A stretch of DNA of 57,679 nucleotides, taken from an uncultured Syntrophobacter sp. (GTDB lineage Bacteria > Desulfobacterota > Binatia > UBA9968). Within the stretch, counting starts at the first letter, position 1. The number at the start of each line of letters is the position of its first letter. The notes under the pieces were generated by a model, which saw nothing but the letters and a program-made list of their open reading frames with translations, did no database searches and was not told the origin of the DNA. The translations under genes and the position numbers were made by a program. Location: assembly GCA_964539925.1 (NCBI GenBank), contig CAZILB010000004.1, positions 1 to 57,679 of the forward strand, given 5' to 3'. Below, in pieces: positions 9,384-19,175 of the stretch.

Positions 9384-10948
9384 GGTCCCTCTCTCGCCAC
9401 CACCTGCCGATAGTGTTTCCTTCCTTCCAATTTGTTGAGCGCGTTGATGTAGGCCAGAGCGCTCGCCATGATGATGTCCGTATGCGCGCCCTGCCCCGAG
9501 ACGCGAATCCCGTCGTCCTCAATCACACAGGAAACTTCCCCTTGAGCGTCGGTGCCGCCGGTAATCGCGTTGACCGAGTAGCGCACCAGCTGCGACTGCG
9601 AGCCCGCGATCTTGCTGATAACCTTATAACAGGCGTCAACGACACCGTCGCCGGACGCATGATCGGTCTGCTCACCGCCGTCGACGCGCATTCGGACCGT
9701 CGCCGAGGGAATGCCGTCGGAGCTGGAATTGACGTTCAGGTAAAGCAGCTCGAACTTATCCGGCCGACCGGGCACGCGCAGAATCTCTTCGGCCACGATC
9801 GCTTCGATGTCCTCGTCATAGACGTTCTTTTTTTTATCCGCCAGCTCTTTGAAGCGCACGAAGGCGCGGTTCATATCGTCCTTGCTGAGATTGAATCCCA
9901 AGTGCTTCAACCGCTCGTCGAAAGCGTGACGCCCCGAGTGCTTTCCCATGACCAGGCGATTGCCCGGAATGCCGATGGACTCCGGCGTCATGATCTCGTA
10001 GGTCTGTTTGTGCTTGAGCACCCCGTCTTGATGGATGCCCGCCTCATGCGCGAAGGCATTGTCGCCGACAATCGGTTTATTGATCGGGATCGCGATGCCC
10101 GTCACCTGCGACACCAGCCGCGAGGTCGGATAGAGCTGCTCGCTGACAACATGAGTGTCGAGATCGAGATAATTTTTTCGCGTGCGCAGCGCCATCACCA
10201 CTTCCTCAAGAGAAGTGTTGCCGGCGCGTTCGCCGATGCCGTTGATAGTGCACTCGATTTGCCGCGCGCCGTTATGGACGGCGGCAAGGGAATTGGCTAC
10301 CGCCAGACCCAAGTCATTATGGCAATGAGCGCTCCAGATCACCCGGTCGCCCCCCGCCGTGCGCTCGATCAAGTTCGCCATCAGAGCCCCGAACTCAGAC
10401 GGAATCGCGTAACCGGTGGTGTCGGGCACATTGATCACCTTCGCGCCGGCACGGATCACTTCGCGAAAGACTTGAATCAAGAACTCCGGATCGCTGCGCG
10501 AGGCGTCTTCAGCGGAAAACTCGATATAGTCGGTAAACTGCTTGGCGAAGCGCACAGCCTTAACCGCCGCCTCCAGCACTTGCTCCCGATTCATCCTGAG
10601 CTTGTGTTTCAGATGGATGTCCGAAGTCGCGATAAAGGTGTGGATGCCGGGTTTTTTCGCCGGTTCCACCGCCTTCAAGGCGCGTTCGATATCGCTTTCC
10701 TGGGCGCGCGCCAGACTGACCACCCGGGGCCGGGTCACCTCCTCGCAAACTCTGCGCACGGAGTCGAAATCCCCCGCCGACGACGCGGCAAATCCGGCTT
10801 CGATCACATCCACCCCGAGCTTTTCCAGCTGGCGGGCGATGACGACTTTTTGTTCCGCAGTCATGCTCGCTCCCGGCGACTGCTCGCCGTCCCGCAATGT
10901 GGTATCGAAAATCTGCACGACGTTTTGATTATCGTTTGCGCTTTTCAT
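9380..10948 (-). CDS. leuA: 2-isopropylmalate synthase
   Basis: ORF 9380..11059 with [32 protein letters not shown] and a C-terminal LeuA dimerisation/regulatory domain. Start set at ATG 10948 (MKSANDNQ...) with a GGGGAGAG SD. The longer ORF would overlap pssA and span a terminator-like hairpin. Confidence 0.95.
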   Translation of the reverse strand: MKSANDNQNVVQIFDTTLRDGEQSPGASMTAEQKVVIARQLEKLGVDVIEAGFAASSAGDFDSVRRVCEEVTRPRVVSLARAQESDIERALKAVEPAKKPGIHTFIATSDIHLKHKLRMNREQVLEAAVKAVRFAKQFTDYIEFSAEDASRSDPEFLIQVFREVIRAGAKVINVPDTTGYAIPSEFGALMANLIERTAGGDRVIWSAHCHNDLGLAVANSLAAVHNGARQIECTINGIGERAGNTSLEEVVMALRTRKNYLDLDTHVVSEQLYPTSRLVSQVTGIAIPINKPIVGDNAFAHEAGIHQDGVLKHKQTYEIMTPESIGIPGNRLVMGKHSGRHAFDERLKHLGFNLSKDDMNRAFVRFKELADKKKNVYDEDIEAIVAEEILRVPGRPDKFELLYLNVNSSSDGIPSATVRMRVDGGEQTDHASGDGVVDACYKVISKIAGSQSQLVRYSVNAITGGTDAQGEVSCVIEDDGIRVSGQGAHTDIIMASALAYINALNKLEGRKHYRQVVAREGP

Positions 10949-10992
10949 TTTAAATCTCTCCCCTGGAAGGTTTGCCCGCCGGCGCTTCGCGG

Positions 10993-11026
10993 AAACAAAA
11001 ACTCCCGCGGCAGGGCCAACGGGAGC
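10993..11026 (-). terminator. terminator/attenuator-like hairpin between pssA and leuA
   Basis: Minus strand reads CTCCCG, a 12-nt loop, then CGGGAG, followed by TTTTTGTTT. It sits about 30 nt after the pssA stop and about 45 nt before the leuA ATG. Confidence 0.4.
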
Positions 11027-11055
11027 GTTCATGAGCATTGAACCGGAGCCGGAAT

Positions 11056-11913
11056 TCACGGCGTCGCTGGCGCCGCCTCCCGCCCCCTCTCCCGCCGGTG
11101 CTTATAGGTCGTGAAGCCCCATAACAGAGGCCCGGATAACGTATACAGTAAGACAACGGTGAAAAACATAATCTGCGGCTCGGCAATGAACAGGGTAATC
11201 ATGACAAATCCGAAAACCAACATCCAGACCGGGTGGCGTCTGCGGAGGTCGTTATTCTTCAAGCTCAAGTATGGAAAACTGCTCACCATCAGAGCCGCCA
11301 GACCGTAGATGACCAACATCAGGGTTACATGCCGGTTTTGCGATACGGCGCCACCCAAATAATGGTGCAAAATCACGATGGAGGTAATCATTTGGGCCGC
11401 CGCCGGGATCGGCAGGCCGACAAAATGATTTTTTGACGGTCCCTGAGCTTGAACGTTGAAGCGCGACAACCTGAGCGCCCCACAGACCGCATAGGTGCAC
11501 GCCGCCAGCCAGCCCCAGGTCTGCCAGGGTTCAAGGGCCCAAATATATACCAACACGGCTGGAGCGACGCCAAAGGAAACGACGTCCGCCAGGGAGTCGA
11601 ATTCCACGCCAAACTGGCTGGTGGTCTTGGTCAGACGCGCCGCGTAACCGTCGATGCCATCGAGGATGTTGGCGAGAATGATCAACATCGCCGCAGCGAC
11701 AAACTGACCGTTGAACGTCGCAATGATGGCGAAGAAGCCGCACATGAGATTGCCTGCCGTAAACAAGCTGGGAATGAGATAGACGCCCTTTTTGAACTTG
11801 TCGGCATTCATGCGCTGGCGCAGCGCCAATCGCGGCTTGCCGCGCCGGCGCAATAGCCGAACCTTTCCCGGCGATGGGAAACGTTCAGGCTCTTGAGCAT
11901 TCATCGCGCTCAT
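11056..11913 (-). CDS. pssA: CDP-diacylglycerol--serine O-phosphatidyltransferase
   Basis: 285-aa ORF with the CDP-alcohol phosphatidyltransferase motif DGIDGYAARLTKTTSQFGVEFDSLADVV and multiple TM segments. ATGA overlap with psd. Confidence 0.9.
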   Translation of the reverse strand: MSAMNAQEPERFPSPGKVRLLRRRGKPRLALRQRMNADKFKKGVYLIPSLFTAGNLMCGFFAIIATFNGQFVAAAMLIILANILDGIDGYAARLTKTTSQFGVEFDSLADVVSFGVAPAVLVYIWALEPWQTWGWLAACTYAVCGALRLSRFNVQAQGPSKNHFVGLPIPAAAQMITSIVILHHYLGGAVSQNRHVTLMLVIYGLAALMVSSFPYLSLKNNDLRRRHPVWMLVFGFVMITLFIAEPQIMFFTVVLLYTLSGPLLWGFTTYKHRRERGREAAPATP

Positions 11914-12539
11914 ACAAACCTCCCCAGGACGGACTCCCCGCCCTTAACCCGGTCGCCTTCCTTGACTTCAACGCGGCACCCTCTGGGCAAATAGGTATCG
12001 GTCCGCGAGCCGAACATGATCAAACCGAATCGTTGACCGCGCTCCAGAGCGTCGCCCCGTTTGACCCGGCAAACGATGCGCCGTGCCAGGACGCCGGCAA
12101 TTTGCACAACTCCCAGCTCACAGCCTTTCTGATCGACGATCTTCAAGGCGTTTTGTTCATTCAGCCGCGAAGCTTCTTCCTTGTAGGCGGCCATGAATTT
12201 TCCCGATCGATAGGTGACTTCTTCAATCCGGCCAGCCGCCGGCGCTCGGTTAATGTGGACATCCAGCGGCGAGAGAAAAATGCTGATCCTTGTCACCGCA
12301 TCGGCAAACATCGGATCGCCTTTGATGTCCGCGATGCCGACCACTTTACCGTCGGCGGGCGACACTACGAGACCCTCGCCACCGGGAATCCTTCGCTCAG
12401 GATCGCGAAAAAAAGCCGCAACCGCCGCCGAAAGCAAAACCAAAAACCCGCCGGCGACCCACCAACCCAGCGCCAGCGCCAACAGCGCCACGGCCGCCGC
12501 CGCCAGGATCAGCGGATAACCTTCCCGCGCGATCCTCAT
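11910..12539 (-). CDS. psd: phosphatidylserine decarboxylase proenzyme (short type)
   Basis: 209-aa ORF with VSPADGKVV, LSPLDVHINRAP and the self-cleavage site FGSRTD. Confidence 0.9.
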   Translation of the reverse strand: MRIAREGYPLILAAAAVALLALALGWWVAGGFLVLLSAAVAAFFRDPERRIPGGEGLVVSPADGKVVGIADIKGDPMFADAVTRISIFLSPLDVHINRAPAAGRIEEVTYRSGKFMAAYKEEASRLNEQNALKIVDQKGCELGVVQIAGVLARRIVCRVKRGDALERGQRFGLIMFGSRTDTYLPRGCRVEVKEGDRVKGGESVLGRFV

Positions 12540-12585
12540 CCGACTTCAAAACTTTCGCTCGCCGCCAAGCCACTCCACCGCCGCG

Positions 12586-13614
<1,029 letters not shown>

Positions 13615-13632
13615 CTATAATTGGAAGTCCTT

Positions 13633-13661
13633 AATATGCCGGTTGACCGCCGATAAGTCAA
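13633..13661 (-). promoter_or_regulatory. possible promoter for ilvC-psd-pssA
   Basis: Minus strand reads TTGACT (13661..13656), a 17-nt spacer, then CATATT (13638..13633), about 30 nt before the ilvC ATG. Confidence 0.3.
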
Positions 13662-13860
13662 CTGCAAGTGCTTGTAAGACAAAGACTTCTTTGGATGCCG
13701 GCCAAGCACACTCGAGAGTGATCCGTGATGCTTCGAGCGGTTGCGCGAGGCGTCATCGTGGTTCTGGCTATGCCGTTTTCGCGCACGCGCATGGATCAGG
13801 AAAACCGCCGAGCGACATTAAACAACCTGGTGCTTTATTCCTGTGGTTCGCACCGATCGG

Positions 13861-14184
13861 CTAATCCCACCGGACCGGCGAGTAGCCCTTCTCGCGCAAG
13901 CAACGAAACACGAAGTTTTTGTAGACGGCGGAGGGCTCCTGTCTCCCCGTCAATCCGTGCAACGGACCTTGAGTTGGCGCCGCCCCGGATAATGCCGTAC
14001 CGGCGCGGCCCTTGGAAGCCATAGAGTCGTCCGCTCGGCGCATGCACTCGTCGATCTCGCGATTTGCGGTCTCGGCTCCGCGCCGATTAAATTGCTCGTT
14101 AGGATACAAAACCGGTCTTTGGCTTGCACATCCGGAAAGCAGAAATAGACTCATTCCCAAAATTGCCGAACCCCGCATAGCCAT
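13861..14184 (-). CDS. small lipoprotein, unknown function
   Basis: ORF 13861..14229. The internal start (MAMRGSAILGMSLFLLSGC...) gives a signal peptide with lipobox LLSGC. C-terminal YKNFVFRCLREKGYSPV resembles small outer-membrane lipoproteins. Confidence 0.6.
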   Translation of the reverse strand: MAMRGSAILGMSLFLLSGCASQRPVLYPNEQFNRRGAETANREIDECMRRADDSMASKGRAGTALSGAAPTQGPLHGLTGRQEPSAVYKNFVFRCLREKGYSPVRWD

Positions 14185-14334
14185 CCCATCCTTCTCGAGC
14201 GCTGAAAAGCCAATGATCTGCTGCAGCAATAATTAAGCCTGTACGAGCGGAAATCGGGCCTTGATGGCTAGGTAAATCTTCTTGCGCCGTCCCGACAGCC
14301 TTATATTAGATTAGCTTCCTTGGAGGCTAGTTCA

Positions 14335-14463
14335 ATGGCGAAACAGACTAAAAAAATGTCATTGGCCGCTATCGCATGGGCGTTCGTTTTGCCGATAGGT
14401 GCTTATGGAAAGTCGCAAGAAGCCAAAGGTCCGGCCGAAAAGACCGGCGACGCCCTTGGGTAA
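14335..14463 (+). CDS. small secreted peptide (42 aa), possibly the 5' remnant of a decayed Lys/Ala-rich secreted protein gene
   Basis: Own translation gives MAKQTKKMSLAAIAWAFVLPIGAYGKSQEAKGPAEKTGDALG followed by a stop. GGAGG lies 8 nt upstream, and a TTGCGC...TATTAG promoter-like pair is upstream. Too short to appear in the ORF track. Confidence 0.35.
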   Translation: MAKQTKKMSLAAIAWAFVLPIGAYGKSQEAKGPAEKTGDALG

Positions 14464-14676
14464 GCCGTTCACAAAGCCGGCGACGCGATCTAAGGAAGCC
14501 GGCCAAAAAGTTCAGAAAGCGGCCAAAGACGCCGCGAACCGGCTACCAGACAAAAAGTAAGAGCTCGGGATTATTCCCAGCTCCCTCATGAATTTCTTGG
14601 ATAACGCGAAGCTCGCAGGTTTTTTCGTCGACACCGCCGGTCCGTGGAATCCGCAAATTTTATTTTGTCAGCGGCG

Positions 14677-15204
14677 CTAGGTTTTTAACAGCGCCGGTTC
14701 GCGCCGTGGCGAGCCCGTGCGCGTGGTTTCACGCGCGATGGCAATGCGACCGGTGCGGACGATCTCTTTTATGCCCAGGGGTTGAAGCATGTTGATCATC
14801 GCTTCCACTTTATCCACATCGCCGGTAATCTCGATGGTATAAGTATCCGGCGAGGAGTCGACGATCTTGGCGCGGAAGATATCGGCCAGACGAATCGCTT
14901 CGTCGCGATGCTCCGGCTTGGTGTGGACTTTGATGAGCGCGGTCTCCCGGTCGAGGAAATCGGTTTCCGTAAGATCGACGACCTTGAGAACTTCGACCAC
15001 TTTGTTCAGCTGCTTCATGATTTGCTCGATGATCCGATCGTCGCCGACCGTCACGATCGTGATCATCGAAGTAGTTGGGTCCATCGTGGGAGCGACCGAA
15101 AGACTCTCGATGTTATAACCGCGGGCGCTGAACAGCCCCGCAACTCTGGCCAGAACGCCGAACTTGTTCTCGACAAGAACCGATATGATATGTTCCATTC
15201 GCAA
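14677..15204 (-). CDS. ilvN: acetolactate synthase small (regulatory) subunit
   Basis: 175-aa ORF with ACT-domain start ISVLVENKFGVLARVAGLFSARGYNIESLSV. Lies 6 nt after ilvB. Confidence 0.9.
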   Translation of the reverse strand: MRMEHIISVLVENKFGVLARVAGLFSARGYNIESLSVAPTMDPTTSMITIVTVGDDRIIEQIMKQLNKVVEVLKVVDLTETDFLDRETALIKVHTKPEHRDEAIRLADIFRAKIVDSSPDTYTIEITGDVDKVEAMINMLQPLGIKEIVRTGRIAIARETTRTGSPRREPALLKT

Positions 15205-15210
15205 AAATTA

Positions 15211-16992
15211 TCAGGCAGGAAGAACTCCCTCCCCTTCGTCCACCTTTCCCTTATGTGATCCGCCTTTTCTCGCGACCTTGAGCTCGGGCGGATCTTCGAG
15301 CATCATCTCATGCTGCGCCCCACCGGCGGGAATCATCGGGTAGCAGTTCTCGTAAGGATCGGTGTGAATGTCCATCAACACCGGCCCCTTGTGCTTAAGA
15401 CCTTCTTTGAGCACCGCTTCCACTTCGCTCGGTTTGAGCGCGCGTAGCCCCTTGATGCCGTAGGCCTCCGCGAGCTTCACGAAATCAGGCATCTTGCCCA
15501 GCAGGCTTGCCGAGTAGCGCCCTTCATAAAAGAGATCCTGCCATTGGCGCACCATGCCGTGGACGCCATTGTTGAGCAGGACGATTTTCACCGGCAATTT
15601 GTGTTCGGCCGCAACCACCAGCTCCTGCAAGTTCATCTGGAAACTGCCCTCGCTGGTGATGCAAACCACCAGCCGATCAGGAAACGCCTTTTGCGCGCCG
15701 ATGGCCGCGGGAAAACCGAAGCCCATGGTGCCGAGCCCGCCGGAGGTGAGCCAAGTTCGCGGCCGGCCACCCTTGAAATATTGCGCGGCAAACATCTGGT
15801 GCTGCCCCACGTCGGTGGCGATGATCGCGTCGTGCTTGGTGAACTCGTAGAGCTTTTCAATGACGTACTGGGGCTTGATGATCTTTTCGCCCTGCTTGTA
15901 AGTGAGCGGGTGCGTTTTGCGCCATTCTTCAACCTGCTTGATCCAGGGGGCGCGTTGCGCCTTCACCTGCGCCGGGTGGCCGTCCATGGAGCGGAGAATC
16001 ACGGTGAGCTGGCGCAACACCGCTTTCACGTCGCCGACGATCGGAATATGAGCGTGGAACGTTTTCTTGATCGAGGTCGGGTCGATATCAATATGAACAA
16101 CCCTGGCCTCGGGGCAAAAAGCGGACAGTTTTCCCGTCACCCGGTCGTCGAAGCGCGCGCCAACGGCGATCAACAGATCCGCGTGGTGCATCGCCATGTT
16201 GGTCCAGTAACCGCCGTGCATGCCCAACATGCCGAGCGACAGCGGATGCGTGCCGGGAAAACTTCCCAAGCCCATCAGCGTCATCGTCACCGGAATCTGG
16301 GTGATCTCCGCCAGCTCGCGAACCTCATCGGCTGCGTCCGCGAAGACCGCGCCGCCGCCCACATAGAGGATCGGCTTCTTCGCCTTCATAATCTCTTCGG
16401 CGGCTTGCTTGATCTCATTTTTATTGCCGTTCACGGCCGGATGATAACCGCGCAACTGCACTTTGTCCGGATAATGGAATGTCGTTTTTGCGACGCTCAC
16501 GTCCTTGGGAATGTCCACGAGCACAGGCCCCGGTCGGCCGGTGGTTGCGATATAAAACGCCTCTTTGATAGTCTGCGCCAGATCTTTAACGTCTTTCACC
16601 AACACATTATGCTTGGTACAGGGCCGGCTGATGCCGACGTTGTCGGCTTCCTGAAAAGCGTCATTGCCGATGAGATCGGTGGAAACCTGCCCCGTGAAAG
16701 CGACAAGGGGAACCGAATCCATATAGGCGTCGGCCAAGCCGGTCACGATGTTGGTCATCCCGGGTCCGGAGGTCACGAGGATAACACCGGGCTTGCCGGT
16801 GGCCTTGGCATAACCCTCGGCCATGTGCGCCGCGCCCTGCTCATGACGCGTGAGCACCAGTTCCATGTCCTTCTGCTGACACAGAACATCGAAGATCTTG
16901 AGCACTACGCCGCCGGGCAGACCGAAGATCGTCTTGACCCCTTCGCGCCGCAAAGATTCGCAGAAAATTTCCGCTCCGGTCATCACTTTCAT
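15211..16992 (-). CDS. ilvB: acetolactate synthase large (catalytic) subunit, biosynthetic type
   Basis: 593-aa ORF of the ThDP-enzyme type with FGLPGGVVLKIFD, SGGLGTMGFGFPAAIGA and LNNGVHGMVRQWQ. Confidence 0.95.
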   Translation of the reverse strand: MKVMTGAEIFCESLRREGVKTIFGLPGGVVLKIFDVLCQQKDMELVLTRHEQGAAHMAEGYAKATGKPGVILVTSGPGMTNIVTGLADAYMDSVPLVAFTGQVSTDLIGNDAFQEADNVGISRPCTKHNVLVKDVKDLAQTIKEAFYIATTGRPGPVLVDIPKDVSVAKTTFHYPDKVQLRGYHPAVNGNKNEIKQAAEEIMKAKKPILYVGGGAVFADAADEVRELAEITQIPVTMTLMGLGSFPGTHPLSLGMLGMHGGYWTNMAMHHADLLIAVGARFDDRVTGKLSAFCPEARVVHIDIDPTSIKKTFHAHIPIVGDVKAVLRQLTVILRSMDGHPAQVKAQRAPWIKQVEEWRKTHPLTYKQGEKIIKPQYVIEKLYEFTKHDAIIATDVGQHQMFAAQYFKGGRPRTWLTSGGLGTMGFGFPAAIGAQKAFPDRLVVCITSEGSFQMNLQELVVAAEHKLPVKIVLLNNGVHGMVRQWQDLFYEGRYSASLLGKMPDFVKLAEAYGIKGLRALKPSEVEAVLKEGLKHKGPVLMDIHTDPYENCYPMIPAGGAQHEMMLEDPPELKVARKGGSHKGKVDEGEGVLPA

Positions 16993-17004
16993 GCTTCCGG
17001 CTCC

Positions 17005-17241
17005 CTATCGAAGAGCACCGTTCTGGCGGTGCTTTTCGAGAATTTCCATGATCCGATCTTTACCGATAAGTTTTAGTTTTTGAATACGTTTCATTTCCAC
17101 CTCTTCTTCCGCCGTCAGGTGATGTCGATGTTGAAACTCGGCGAGTTTTTTCTCCAACTCGCGATGTTCGTCATAATACTTCTTTAACTCGGGGTCCTTG
17201 TCCAGCAGGGAGACAATCGCGTGTTCCTCCTTGACTTCCAT
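17005..17241 (-). CDS. DUF465 (YdcH-like) coiled-coil protein
   Basis: 78-aa ORF with ...LKKYYDEHRELEKKLAEF...HLTAEEEVEMKRIQKLKLIGKDRI, the typical DUF465 pattern. GGAGG lies 7 nt before the ATG. Lies 12 nt upstream of ilvB. Confidence 0.7.
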   Translation of the reverse strand: MEVKEEHAIVSLLDKDPELKKYYDEHRELEKKLAEFQHRHHLTAEEEVEMKRIQKLKLIGKDRIMEILEKHRQNGALR

Positions 17242-17286
17242 ACGGTAGCCTCCTTGAAAAAAAATTTTTATTTTTTTGAGGTGCTC

Positions 17287-17315
17287 AATCTAACGTACGC
17301 ATGGGGCTTTGTCAA
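17287..17315 (-). promoter_or_regulatory. putative sigma70 promoter of the DUF465-ilvBN unit
   Basis: Minus strand reads TTGACA (17315..17310), a 17-nt spacer, then TAGATT (17292..17287). An A7-U-A5-U8 tract follows in the short leader. Confidence 0.5.
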
Positions 17316-17336
17316 CGTAGCTTTTCGCATAGATTT

Positions 17337-18086
17337 TCAACAAGTTACATCGAATCCGCGGTTCTTGCTCTCGGCCTCGGAAGGACGCAAATAAACCGGC
17401 GCCAACGCGCCCAGATCCTCGCCCAGGCAACGCCGAAAACTTTCATCCGCAAGAGCCGCGACTGCGGCCGCGACCGAACAACATCCCCCGGCCATCACTC
17501 TTGCCGGCCGTAGAGCTTCGATCAGAAAGCTTTCGTGAACCACGGCGCCGTCGCCGACAAGCACAACTTCACCGCGGCTAGTGCCGCGGCTCGATTGCAC
17601 GCAGGCAACCGCCTCCTGGAGCGAAAGGATTGTGTCATCCGTCAACCGCGTCAGGTGATCACCGTCGCTGCGGAACAGCGCCGTGTAAACCTCGCGCTTG
17701 CGCGCATCGAGCATGGAACAGATAGACCCGTGAAATTTTTTTGCGCAGGCCGCGGTCGCCAGCAGCGTTGAGACCCCAACCACCGGAAGGCGGGCTTCGT
17801 AGGCCAGCCCTTTAACCGTAGCCAATCCAATGCGCAACCCGGTGAAGGAACCGGGACCGATCGAAACCGCGACGCCCGCAAGATCTTCGAACCGGCACCG
17901 CGACTTGGCGAGAACCGATTGAATCAACGGCAGCAGGATCTCGGCGTGATTGCCTCTGAGCGCCGGTGACGAACTCTGGCCCCCGGCCCGATCTCGGCCG
18001 CAAAATTCCTCGGTGACCAAATTGCCCTCGTCGACCAGGGCGACGCTTGCGATGGGACCGGCCGTGTCAATCCCAAGAATTCTCAT
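17337..18086 (-). CDS. tsaB: tRNA t6A37 threonylcarbamoyltransferase complex dimerisation subunit
   Basis: 249-aa ORF starting MRILGIDTAGPIASVALV..., the YeaZ/TsaB pattern. ATGA overlap with rseP. Confidence 0.85.
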   Translation of the reverse strand: MRILGIDTAGPIASVALVDEGNLVTEEFCGRDRAGGQSSSPALRGNHAEILLPLIQSVLAKSRCRFEDLAGVAVSIGPGSFTGLRIGLATVKGLAYEARLPVVGVSTLLATAACAKKFHGSICSMLDARKREVYTALFRSDGDHLTRLTDDTILSLQEAVACVQSSRGTSRGEVVLVGDGAVVHESFLIEALRPARVMAGGCCSVAAAVAALADESFRRCLGEDLGALAPVYLRPSEAESKNRGFDVTC

Positions 18087-19165
18087 CCTCCGACCTGGTT
18101 CTCAAAAAACCTCAAGATATCGTTGTAAAAGGCATAAACCATGAGAAGCACCAGAAGACAAATACCGACCTGCTGGGCCATCTCGCGAGCCCTGACCGAT
18201 ACCGGCTTGCGCATGATCCCTTCGACCATGAAAAACACCAGATGGCCGCCATCCAGCACCGGCACCGGCAACAGATTTAATATTCCCAAGTTGATGCTCA
18301 ACACCGCCAGGAAGGCGAGAAACGTCCCAAGACCTTCTTGCGCTTGCTGCCCCGCCATCTGTGCGATCAAAATGGGGCCGCCAATATTGCGCGGCGAGAC
18401 GTCCCCGACGACCATCTTATAAAGCGCCATCACCGTCAGCTTGGAGTAATCGTAGGTTTGATAAAAGGCCCGGACAATGGCCAATCCCGCCTGGCCTTTC
18501 TCGATGGAGACCTGGCTGGCAATACCGATCATCCAGTCTTCTTTGGGCTCGCCAAAAATATTTTTGCCTTCTTTGATCACCGGCTTCACCGTCACTTCGA
18601 CGATATCGTCGCCACGGCGAATTTGCATATTAAGGGGCCCGCCGCCGCTGCCTTTAATGGCGCTCGAGAGATCCTCCCATTGGCTCACGCTGCGGCCGTT
18701 AACGGCGACGATACGGTCGCCCTTGGCGATGCCGGCGCGTTCCGCAGGCGACCCGCCCTCGACGCCGCTCACCTGGGTGGACATGACCGGTACGCCGTAG
18801 AAAACGAACACGAGCGTGAGCAGCAGCACCGCGAGGAGCAGGTTGAAACCCGGTCCGGCGGCGACGATAGCGATGCGCTTGCCAAGGCTTTTCCGGGCGA
18901 AAGATTTCTCCGCATCGGCTTGGGGGACGTCTGCATCCGGGTCTTCGCCCACCATTTTTACGTAACCCCCTAGGGGAAAGGCGCTCAACGCATATTCTGT
19001 TTCGCCTTTCTTTTTGACCCAGATCTTGGGACCGAAACCAACGGAAAAAGTGAGAACACCGACGCCGCACATCTTCGCCACGATGAAGTGACCAAACTCG
19101 TGAAAAACGATCAGCAGCCCCAACCCGATGATGGCCGCGCCGATTGAATAAACCACGCTTTCCAT
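18083..19165 (-). CDS. rseP: RIP (site-2) zinc metalloprotease
   Basis: ORF 18083..19300 with HEFGHF, a PDZ segment and NLLPVPVLDGGH. Start set at ATG 19165 (MESVVYSIG...) with an AAGGAG SD. The longer ORF overlaps dxr. Confidence 0.9.
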   Translation of the reverse strand: MESVVYSIGAAIIGLGLLIVFHEFGHFIVAKMCGVGVLTFSVGFGPKIWVKKKGETEYALSAFPLGGYVKMVGEDPDADVPQADAEKSFARKSLGKRIAIVAAGPGFNLLLAVLLLTLVFVFYGVPVMSTQVSGVEGGSPAERAGIAKGDRIVAVNGRSVSQWEDLSSAIKGSGGGPLNMQIRRGDDIVEVTVKPVIKEGKNIFGEPKEDWMIGIASQVSIEKGQAGLAIVRAFYQTYDYSKLTVMALYKMVVGDVSPRNIGGPILIAQMAGQQAQEGLGTFLAFLAVLSINLGILNLLPVPVLDGGHLVFFMVEGIMRKPVSVRAREMAQQVGICLLVLLMVYAFYNDILRFFENQVGG

Positions 19166-19175
19166 GCTCCGCTCC

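Noticed and set aside
9413-11041. 542-aa plus-strand ORF
   Set aside because: It is exactly antisense to leuA, whose product has unmistakable motifs. Its composition is Arg/Ala/His-rich and it matches no recognisable family.
10949-11059. N-terminal extension of the leuA ORF (MNSGSGSMLMNAPVGPAAG...)
   Set aside because: The extension overlaps the pssA stop and runs through a terminator-like hairpin. It lacks an SD, whereas the internal ATG 10948 has GGGGAGAG upstream and gives a canonical LeuA N-terminus.
14376-14591. 71-aa Arg/Lys-rich plus-strand ORF (MGVRFADRCLWKVARSQRSGRKDRRRP...)
   Set aside because: It is out of frame with the well-signalled small ORF at 14335, lacks an SD and is of extremely basic low complexity. 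The other two frames carry the coherent Lys/Ala-rich pattern.
15544-17076. 510-aa plus-strand ORF
   Set aside because: It is antisense to ilvB and is a shadow ORF. Other long antisense ORFs were rejected for the same reason. These are 808..1485, 2501..3139, 8154..9083, 33902..34723, 37124..38323, 42111..43079, 43968..44882, 44800..45558, 44922..45728, 46494..47267, 50183..51373, 51450..52430, 52656..53783, 54367..55230 and 55301..56164.
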